A stretch of DNA of 64,000 nucleotides from contig CM075989.1 of NCBI GenBank assembly GCA_038087875.1, positions 15,252,001-15,316,000 on the forward strand, read 5' to 3'. Positions 38,376-49,300 of the stretch are shown piece by piece. Position numbers and translations under genes: made by a program. Numbering within the stretch: the stretch's first letter is position 1; each line of letters opens with the position of its first letter. Below the pieces are notes generated by a model. It did no database searches, had not been told where the DNA came from, and was given only the letters and a program-made list of their open reading frames with translations. This DNA comes from Malacoraja senta. Taxonomy: Eukaryota.

Positions 38376-40172
38376 CCATGCCCACTTACACATCCACCCC
38401 CCAACAGGAAGGCCTTAAAGCCCTCTGTTTCTTCCTCGACTGCAGAACCAGCCAATTTCCCTCTGCCTAGCAGAGCTGATCCTCACCCTTAACAACTTCT
38501 CCTTCGACTCCTCCCACTACCTCCAAATCAAAGGCGTAGCTATGGGCACTCGCACGGGGCCCAGCTATGCTTTCCTCTTTGTAGGGTAGGTTGAACAATC
38601 CCTGCTCCAGGCATACGCTGGTCCTATCCCCGAATTCCATTTCCATTACATTGACCACTGCATCGGTGCTACCTCCTGCACGCATGCAGAACTCATGGAC
38701 TTTATTAACTTCACCACCAATGTCGGAGGATTATGTGTGGTAGGCGACGGCTGATGGGGTGAAGGGTAAGGACTAGGGGACTGTTCCTGTAGTGACTAGG
38801 GGGATGGGAGTAAGGGCGGAGCTGCGGGGTACCGAGGAAACGTGTGAGGGCCCCATCTATGATGGAAGAGGGGAACCCCCTTTCCATAAAGAATGAGGAC
38901 ATCTCGGATGTCCTGGTATAGAACACCTCATCTTGGGCACAGATGAGAACTTCACCACCAATTTCCATCCTGCACTCAAATTCACTTGGACCATCTCCGA
39001 CTCCTCCCTCCCCTTTCTTGATCTCAGTCTCCATCACAGGAGATAGACTATCAACTGACGTCTACTACAAACCCACTGGCTCCCACAACTATCTCAACTA
39101 CACTTCTTCCCACTGTTTTTCCTGCATCTGTGCCCAAGATGAGGTGTTCTATACCAGGACATCCGAGATGTCCTCATTCTTTAGGGAAAGGGGGTTCCCC
39201 TCTTCCATCATAGATGATGCCCTCACACATGTTTCCTCGGTACCCCGCAGCTCCGCCCTTGCTCCCCTCCCCCTAGTCACTACAGGAACAGTCCCCTAGT
39301 CCTTACCCTTCACCCCATCAGCCGTCGCCTACCACACATAATCCTCCGACATTTTTGCCACCTCCAATGGATCCCACCATGAGTCACATCTTCCCATCTC
39401 CACCCCTTTCCGCCTTACGTAGAGACCGTTCCTTCCGCAACTCCCTGGTTAACTCATCCCTTCTCACCCAAACCACCCCCTCTCCAGGTACCTTCCCCTG
39501 CAACCGTAGGAGATGCAACACCTGTTCCTCCCTTGACTCTGTCCAGGAACCCCAACAGTCCTTTCAGGTTAGGCAGAGGTTCACGTGCATCTCCTCCAAC
39601 CTGATCTGCTGTATCCATTGTTCAAGATGTGGACTCTTATTCATTGGCAAGACCAAACGTAGACTGGACGATCGTTTCGCTGAACACCTTCGCTCAGTCT
39701 GCCTGGACCTACCTAATCTCCCGGTTGCAAACACTTTAATTCCCCTACCCATTCCCACACTAACCTTTCTGTCCTAAGCCTCCTCCATTGTTAGAGTGAG
39801 GCTAAATGCAAATTGGAGGAACAGCATCTGATATTTTGCTTGGGTAGCTTACAACCCAGTGATAAGAATATTGATTTCTCTAACTTCAAGTAACCCCTAC
39901 ATTCCCTCTCTATCCATCCTCCACACCCAAGTCGCACCAGGTTCTCGTTCTCACCCAGCAAACAGCTAACAATGGCCTGTTTCCTTTATCATCGTTACTT
40001 TTTTGCTTATCTTTCATTCATTTGTTCTATATCTCTCTACATCACAGTCTACATTGCTCATTTCCCTTTCCCCTGACTATTCTGAAGAAGGGTCTCAACC
40101 CGAAATGTCACGCATTGCTTCTCTCCAGAGATGCTGCCTGGCCAGCTGAGTTACTTCAGCATTTTGTGTCTA
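38376..40172 (+). mobile_element. Penelope-like retroelement: RT C-terminal half, GIY-YIG endonuclease and 3' terminal repeat (decayed)
   Basis: YLQIKGVAMGTRTGPSYA, F.YID, FLDL, LSTDVYYKPTGSHNYL; CNRRRCNTC; FTCISSNLICCIHCSRCGLLFIGKTKRRLDDRFAEH (GIY-YIG); ends in the hammerhead-bearing repeat. Confidence 0.9.
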
Positions 40173-40557
40173 TTCCACTTACAATTGGATGGATATTTTT
40201 AACTTTTCTGCTGCGTTTGGTGGGTAACTGGTAGTTAGGTCACTGGACTAACATCCAGTGCCTAAACCTTCCATACATGATACTAACTAAGAATGAATAA
40301 ATCGTTAAAAAAAGTACTACAAAACCAAGTTTACCAGCAAAGTATTGATGAAACGAAGCTTACTGAGGAACAAGGTAAATTGAACTTCAATTCTGGACTC
40401 CTGCTTCTTATTTTACAGTTTACATTCAAATGTTAGATGTTGCAGGCCAATTTCTCCATAATAATAATGACCATTGACAGTTTCCTTGTTGTTATTGCAG
40501 AATATCAGAGAAAAAAATGTTTTCCAGGATATCTACTTTGGGTTACTTTATAGCAAC

Positions 40558-40835
40558 CGAAGCCCGGGTTCGATCCTGACTACGGGAGCTGTCTGTATGG
40601 AGTTTGTACGTTTTCCCCAAGACCGAGTGGAACTTCTCCGGGTGCTCTGGTTTCCTTTCACACTCCAAAGATGTACAGGTCTGTAGGCTACTTGGCTTCG
40701 GTAAGCATTGTAAATTGTCCCCAGTGTGTAGAATAGTGTTAGTGTACAGGGTAATCGCCGGTCGGTGCAGACTCGGTGGGCCGAAGGGCCTGTTTCCACG
40801 CTGTATCTCTAAACTAAAACTAAACTAAACTAAAA
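40558..40835 (+). mobile_element. HE1-like V-SINE (5' truncated)
   Basis: cccgggttcgatcctgactacggg ... (CTAAA)n tail. Confidence 0.85.
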
Positions 40836-43800
40836 TATGATCCAGGAACTACATTTATCGATCTTTTATAGTTTGTATCCACCTCAAAAGTAGTGAGTTT
40901 CATTCTGAATCTTGTTAGCTTTCATTCAAAATATTTTGTACATTAAATAGAAAAATTTGCACAAAGAAAAGCCTATACCTGTAATAAAATGAGAAAATGC
41001 TGAACCTATTCGATGGGTCAGATGGAAAGGGAATAAAACTTATTATTTTTAGTCTATAATTTTTCATCAGAACTGGTAAATTGAATAATTTTGAACAAGT
41101 GGCTGAAAACATAGACAAAATAAAGAATAAAACAAAAGCAAATGTCGGTGTTAGGTGAATGCTAGGAGAGATTAAATGACAAAATGAATGATGTAGAAGG
41201 GATTCCTTCTGTGTGTTCCATTGTATTTCTCCCGTTTGTTGTATTTTGGATAATATTGCTATGTAACTCTTTCCAATACATGCTAACTCAAGTAAATTTG
41301 ATCTGAAGAAAAGTTATCACTCAAACTATGTTTCTCTGTATACAGATGCCTATGCATGGATCCAAATATTTTCAGCATCTTCTGATTTTAAGCTTCTGTT
41401 TACACCATCTATTGTATTTACTTCCTTGCTCGTACTACATCATGACAGAAGACGTAAGGTTATTGAAAGAAACTAAGAAAAATTGTCATTTTTAATCCAA
41501 TTGTGTGTAATTGGGATAGATTCATTGAAAACGCCTTTCTCGTTTGCAAAGTTCAAATAGGTCAAAATAAGATTTAACATCTAAATCTGTGGGAAGTAAG
41601 AAATTTGTCATAAGCAGAACATGTCCCTTAACTTTATGCAGTATATACTATGCTTTGATTAAATTAATAAGGTTGTTTGAATAACTGTAATCAGTCGTAT
41701 TGAAAATGGAAGAGTAATTGTGCCTTTGAGCATTCCATAACAAGAATATAACCTGCTGTTGCAGGAAGTTGGTTTTAATTATTTATATCAAAGCAGAAAT
41801 AAAAGAAAAAGGTAATATTTGGACACTGTACAATTAGGGAAAACAAGCAATTTAAAATAGTAACAAAAACATTCAATACTCCAGGATATTCTTCAATGCA
41901 ATAGAGACCATTATTAAATTTGCACTGGTTGTTATGTGCTTTTATGCTATGATGGAATTTTGTGCTGTTCTAACAAAGATGTACAATATTCAGGAAGATA
42001 CCATAAGTAAGAGCAGCTGAAAAGAACTACTCTTAGTATCCACAGAATTTGAATTAGAAAGGTTTCATTTAAGTTCACCAAAACAAAAACTCTTTCTATA
42101 AATTTTCCACAATGAAATCAGCAAATCATTAGCATTCCCAAAATCCTACTCCTGCCTTAACACGCAAAGTTTTGAATCTGATTAATACTCGACATTCACT
42201 AAAGGAGAATCACCTTGAGACAGTCAAAGAACACACAACTTTACCGTTTTGAAACAAATCCAATTTCTTGAGAGATCATATACTAAACAATTTTAGATTA
42301 GGTACTGTAAAAATAGATTTCATTCGGAACAAGGATAAGGAGTATCTTTGTGTAACAAATTTAGTAAGTGACAGACAAAACAATTTATGATATAATAGAA
42401 CTTGTCTCACCAATCTCCTTGACCTTTCTGAGGACGTAATATCCAAATTAAGCTTTAAAAACTCCATGACATTGTGGAAGTGAATTAATTTTTTTTTAAA
42501 ACATCCGATACGTCAAAAGCAATCCAATAGAACTAATTAGGGAGTGTAGTGATATACCAAGTAGAGTGCCTATAGAATGGAACAAGGACCTTTTGAACTT
42601 TTTGGTCAGGTTACAGAAATGCACTGCCTGTATTGAAATTGATAGTGAAATAAAGAGATGAAATAATACTTAGGAAGAATAAAAGGTACATGACGAATTA
42701 CACAAAATTCCAGACAAATCTAGGATGTAGACCAATGCACACAAGTTCAGCATTGTATACAATGGAATAAATAAATCGCCAAGATCCTTAATTAATGAGT
42801 ACTTTTGAGTTTGGGGAGAGGTTATAAAGAACTCCAGGAGTGAAAATAGAGCCCCCATTTAACATCTGCGATTGCTGCTAAACAAAGTAAAATGGCCAAG
42901 GAATATGGATCTGTGGTCAGGCTGCATTCAAATGCAATTACTTGTATACTTTCACAATTTTACCAAAGCTAGGGTCAGTCTTACGATTATGGCTGGAGAG
43001 GGACATGCAAGACCTGGAAGATGAATGATCAAGCTTTTGTACATGATGACTGACTTGGGAGAAAAGAAAAAAAATAGCAGACTGCGAGTGTCTTGGTACA
43101 GTTTTTTTTGTCCAGAGGTTCCAAAATAATAAGTATAAGTTTGATTTTAAGTTGACTAAGTGGATTGCAGCTACAAATTTGTTAAACCATGCTCTGGGTT
43201 TTGTATATTGAAGTAAAGAAAACTTAAAATACTTTGTATTAATTAATAGAGGCAAATGTGTTTGAGATATACAAGACAACAGTTGGATACTGTACCTATT
43301 GTGCAGGGTTAGGATGTGCAGGAGTTAGAATGTGAGATCAATGGTATTTGTGTGTGTGTGTTTTTTTTACTTGAAAATTATTTAATTGCTTTATAATTAA
43401 TGTAAAAATAATTCCAGGTATATTTTTAAAAGTAAATGTTGACCCACCTTCCAGAAAGGAGTTGGCTACTGGTGATAGCACAAGAAAATCACTTTGTTTG
43501 CATCTTTATCTTTTGTTTGTCAGAAGAGTTGGCAAAAAGAAGAAAATAAATAAAGTCAAACAATTATATTCCCATTGACATAAAGTTTATAATCCTTATG
43601 GCTTGTGCCAGTCTAGGAGAAATCATAACCCACTAAACGATTCACCCTGGAGCAAAATATGAATGATAATCCAATAAAGTAGATAATGGTGAAACTTCTT
43701 CCTCAGTCCTGGTTTTATTCCTGGGAAATGCTATTATTGCCTTTTGCTTTTTCTTCTGGATGATGCAGTAATATTAATCAATTTGTAATGTTCCTCCTGA

Positions 43801-46189
43801 TTTGGAGCATTTCATCAATAGTCTTGTTGGAGACAAAATTGTTTGTGATGTAACAGATACTTTCAACCAAAGAACAAGTAGCGGCGGACAGTTTTGGAGA
43901 CTGGTGGCAAAGGACACAGCCTGACATTTATAAGCTACCCGAACAATGTCTATCTAGATTACTCATGTTACTTCTTCCATGTCTTCTAAAAGTCTAAGGT
44001 TTTATTAGACTATTCAGAACAATTGATAGCAAAATTGCTTCTGTTCTGAAGAGAGCCAAAGGCTTGTTTAATACAAGGACCAGAACTTTTACATAACAAT
44101 ACTCTGTTCTGCAGAAGGTTGTTTCTCTCACATTATGAATCAGAGTTGAAGCATCAAAATTATTCATAGGACAGTAAATTAGGTAAAAGTGAGTAAATAT
44201 GATTTAATGAAACTAAACAGACTTATGGGAGATGTAAAAGATTGAAGAAAATGAGTTTAGCATCGTAGAGAGCTAAGGAAAGCTGAATCACAGTGAAACA
44301 AATATTGATTTCTATACAGAGAGGGTGCAAGGATAGAGACAGTACACAACATGCCATATTTGAAATTATTTAGAACATTCATAAGAATTAATCTTAACAG
44401 TATTAATAAATGAGAAAGAAGAATGAGAATGTAACAGAGGCTGTATTAGAGAGGTTTTGCTTCCAAGGGTGTGGAAACTCAGGAGGAGGCAGGTGCTGTA
44501 GCAACCCCAGGAATTAAACAATTGTTGGTGCTATCAAATGAATCTGCTATTATGATAAACGTCAATCAGCATTCCTGAAATATGATTCCAGTACCTCACT
44601 GCTTCCTTCTCTTAATTTCATCTTTCTTCGCCTAATCTGTAAAGTGAACATGAGATTACCGGCTATCATCTTCTCTTTGCAGATGCTGTTTAACAACAGT
44701 TCCTATCTTTATTTCAGGTTTTCAATTTTATTGTTGTTAATCTGATAATAAAATATTTAATAGGAGAATTGGTGGTCTCAAAGGCAAACAACACATTTGA
44801 TGAGGTAAAAAATCACTGCTATTGTCACACACATTGTATAAAAAAAGTACCAGAGCATATGTTCCGTGAAGAATCGAACAGCAATGCCATCCAGACTCCA
44901 GTTCAATTGAACTCAGAGGTGGCACCCTGCATTATTATCCTGTAGTAATTGAACATTCTATCTTCCACCCTATCTTTTTAATCTTTCTTCTTTATTTTCC
45001 CTGTCTCTACGCTTACTTAACATTTGAATGACTGTAACTTTCCAATACAACCGAAGAGTAATTAATTCTGGTTCTGACTACATAGGTAATTAACTACATA
45101 GTTAATGCGTGACCACTGAGTATTTCTAGCATCTTCTGTTTTTTATTTAACTATTCTGGCTGACTTTGTGCACAAAATCCATTAAAGCAAGAAACCATTG
45201 CAAAAATATTATTGATTTCATATCTGACAACCGTACTTTTTAAATTTTAGTTTGTATTTTCTCAAGAGGGAAACTTTCAGTTTTCAGTTTTTGTTAGTTT
45301 GTTTTCCTATTAATATATCTCCTGCGTGATATCTCACCTCTGTGCTGTGCTCCCAAGACCAAACTTGGGAGTGAACTTGCCATCTGTGCTTCATGTTCTG
45401 CTTCACTGTGTCATTATTACAGCACTGAAGGACTCAATTATTTGATTTTTGTGTTGCTACCAAACTTATTTCTGCCTGACAGGTCTTTCTCCACAAACTG
45501 TTATCATATTCTACTCAGGGACTTTTGAGGGAAGCTGTCCCCTTCCATCTCCTCAATTGCAAGACCATTCTCCTCTCGGCCTCAGTACAAGTAACAGACC
45601 ATTTATCAGAATGAAGGATGTTCTCAGGGGAAGGTGGACAGCAGGACACTGAGCTCGGCCTGAGTGACAGCCCAAACAGTGGAGATTGATTTTAATGAAG
45701 CCTGGAATAAACAGTGAGATTAAGAGGTTGCATAGTGGGCTGACAAGTTTTTACTTCACCTTCCACTAGAAAATTGGAGCCAGACTGTGCAGCTGATGCC
45801 TGTCTTTGCTTTATGAATGTATTTAGCTATTGCTTCTCAGTGATTGGCTACATTTCAGCACAGTCCTTGGGGGGAAATAATTAAACCTGCTGCTCCTCTG
45901 ATTTATGTACTTCTTTATAATAAAATGCTTTCTATAACCAGATTAATTATACTAGATTGCATAATTCATTTTTCAGCAAGTGCAAATTAACTTCATTTCC
46001 ATTTTTTGCACTGTGTTAGGAAACAAAACTCTTGCAGATAAAAAATATATTATCTCCAACTGATCCTTTTTGGGGAGATGGGGGTGGATTTAAATAATTA
46101 AAATTGGCTGCTTTTACCATGTTTTGTTACCAACTTCTTTTTGGATCTTTTCTTCCCTGCCCTGAGCAAAAGACTAATCACAAAATAAT

Positions 46190-46305
46190 TTCAAATGAAT
46201 GGTCCTGATCTGAAAAGTCGCCCTTTCCCTGTCCTCCAGAGATGTTGCCTGACTAGCTGAGTTACTCCAGCACTTTGTATACCAGGGACGTTTCCAGCAT
46301 CTGCA
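46190..46305 (+). repeat. Degenerate Penelope-derived repeat
   Basis: ctccagagatgttgcctgactagctgagttactccagcactttgt...ccagcatctgcagt. Confidence 0.65.
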
Positions 46306-46311
46306 GTAAAT

Positions 46312-46330
46312 TGCCCACTAGGTGGCGCAT
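46312..46330 (+). promoter_or_regulatory. Candidate CTCF site
   Basis: TGCCCACTAGGTGGCGCAT closely matches the CTCF core (CCASYAGRKGGCRS), with TGCAGT just upstream. Confidence 0.65.
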
Positions 46331-49300
46331 AAGTGCTGGTTGACAAGTCAGCTCTGTAACCTCAAGAAATTATGCAGAAGCCAAACCATATTTGGGGAAG
46401 GAGGAAGCGCAAATGCTACTTTAACTTGTGTGCATCACCATTCACTGTTAATACTGAATCTTGTGAATGTACAACTAAACTTCACTGGATTAAGAAAAAA
46501 GTTTATTCAATCACTTGTGTAGTTCATCCACCGTTCTTCCATGAACTTTTTTTTTCAATAAATAAAATACTTAATTCAATGATGAAAATATGATTTCAAA
46601 AATATTTTAAAATCTTTGCACATCATGGGGAGCCAGAAAAAATAAAATGATGATGTTATGCATTAAACCTTGTTAAATATGTTGGAGTCTCAAATAAAAA
46701 GCACAGGCATTCTGAGGGATCCTGGTGAGTACCACCAAATATGTAAACGTTTGAGAAAAACAGTTGTCATATGAATTGCTATTCCCTTCTTTGCAAGGAA
46801 GCAGAGATACATTTATATGCTGTAGAATTAATGGTCATTTGACATTTTTAATATATCAAACATCTAACAAATAAGAGTAATTTGGCAGAAGCCTTTGACA
46901 TGGTCCTGATACTTACAGAAAAGTAGTATTAACATTCACTGTGTCACCAAATCATGATCTGCCATGATAGTTGAGTAAGTGTCAGAGAATCTGCACCAGC
47001 ATAGCCATCACACCTGTGGTGAAAAGTGGCTCCTTCCCTATCAATGCATTTCAAAAAGCAGAGGAGGCGATTGTTGACCGAGCTGGAACAGTTTTGTATT
47101 CAGGTTACATTCAAATCTGCATGCCAAACATTAGCTCAATGTTTAAAAAGTGCAGTGCATTAATTGAACAGGTGAGTAACCTGATTGTCACTGAGCCAAA
47201 GATGTCCCTAATCCAAATGTTAGCTTTATTTGTGTACAGATTGCATGTTGAATTTCTGAATTGTCCACAGTGTATCTGTGTTAGGAACAGGAAGATGATA
47301 GATATAATTACTATGTGCTTTCTAAATGTATTTTGACACGATAAAGCTTGAGTGTGATGATCCTGCAAATAAATATTGTTACAGACGCAAGACTCACCAG
47401 TCTTGACATGAACTGGAGGGTTACTAGCACCCATGAGGTTTATTGTGGTATATGTCAATGCCTTCATTTTGATTGAAAATGTGAAAAAAAACCTTTAAGT
47501 TCTTTGTGATGATCTAGAGTTAACTCATGATTACATATTTGCCTCCAGGAGAACAAGTGGAATTTACAACATTCATGCACCCAATAATGGAGGAAAACAA
47601 TATTTTTATTAAATCTCCATAACTGGGAGTGCATGATGATTATGGCCAGATTTTGCTGAAATAATTTTGATGAAGCTGTCATCATTTAGTATTAATACCG
47701 AATACATTTCACAGTCTGATGTCTGTACCTGCATAAATCCAGACTTTTCTGATACCCTGCTGCGCTAGACTGTGGGCTGCAGCAGTTCTAGTCAATAGTC
47801 TTTGCACTGAAACGACAGCAACTACTTGCCAGATAGTTCTGTAGTAAAATTGTTGATAAATTCAAGTTGCTGCAGGATAAGTTGCTAATAGGATAAGTGA
47901 TAATTCTTATTGAGCTGTCTCTATGCTCCTGAAAAATTAACATTACAATTACAGAGCATCAATCCCACAGAGGGTAATTAATATTGGTGACTTAAAAGCA
48001 AAAAAAAAGGATTTTCTATTTACTTTACTTTTCTGATTTACTTCCCATGTTCACTTTCTGTGCTTCACTAAATCTAATTTATTTTTAAATGTTTTATGCT
48101 TCCTTATATTCCATTAGTTTCCATTAGTTAGTAGTTAAAGACTTAGACTGATTGGTTCTGGAACTTCGGTATTTCTTGACCTGAAACCAGCATTTGTAGT
48201 TCCTTGAGTCTCTGACTTCAGATACCATGGATTTATGTAGAGTCCATCACAGACACCAAATTAAGGGAGATTTTGATCAAACTGCAGACAATTGTCGACA
48301 GGGTGAATGGAGAGCAGTCTCTGTCTTTGCTTCAAAATTTTGCTCTGCCTTTAATAATTTTCAAGTGTCTTGAATTTAGTTTCTAATATATCATTTAAAC
48401 AATACAGGACTTTGAGAAATCCTCTTTCCAGATTTAGTTTTGAAGGAGTTTGTTTTGGTTATAACTCCCATTTCTGATCACGTTTTAAATTCCAAAAAGG
48501 AAATTTTATTTTATGCAGAGATGTGCAAAGATGGAAATAGATAACAGCCGTAATGGAGTGAGGATGCAGTGGTGATCACTGGTTAGTTTATTTTATGGAT
48601 TGACATGCAAATTATTTTGAAACAAGCTCTGGGAACCATAGGTAATAGATGAAGAAGTACATCACAGGTATCTGAGCAATGAAGTCCTGTTAGACGTGCA
48701 GCTACACATTATGAATTTCACCAGCTGTTAACATTAAATGTTTATTTGGGAAAGAGAGAATGAAAATGACGAATTTCACAGGTTAAATCTACAAGACACA
48801 GAAAAGATAAATGGTCCACATAGCATTGACATTAATGAAAGGGATTTTAAATTCCTCTAATATTATTTCAAACTTATGGATTTTTCTTCTGATGATTATG
48901 TGTCCAATTTGATTTGTATCTGCTTCCTTTCAGTTCTCATAAAAACAAAGGCAAATCTCTTCATCAAGGGGATAGGGGAAAGAGACCCATCAATTTATTT
49001 CTGCTTGCTACTGCTTTAATGTTTAGATTCATTAAGATTAACTCTTTTGATATTTGTTGGTAAAAATATTTAAGATCATGCCATATGTGAATGCCCCAAT
49101 ATTTATAATTAAACAAAGAAACCATTTGTTTTATTCTTTTTTAGGGAAAAAAGTTTGTGTTTTTGTTTTGAAAATAAATTCCTCAATGATGCTTGTTCTC
49201 AAATCCCTGCTTATGCCAACTCTGCATGAGATGCCATCATGGGCACTTGTCAAAAGGATTAAATCCCTTTAAAGCTTGTTTACAGCTAAACACTTGTCAT

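Noticed and set aside
42050-43300. Possible very old L1-type remnants (also about 12560-13050, 30440-30910, 52500-52900)
   Set aside because: Too decayed to support a family or boundaries by eye; needs a profile search.
46971-47336. 121-aa + strand ORF
   Set aside because: Non-ATG start and no recognisable homology; only its splice-like signals are kept as a low-interest finding.
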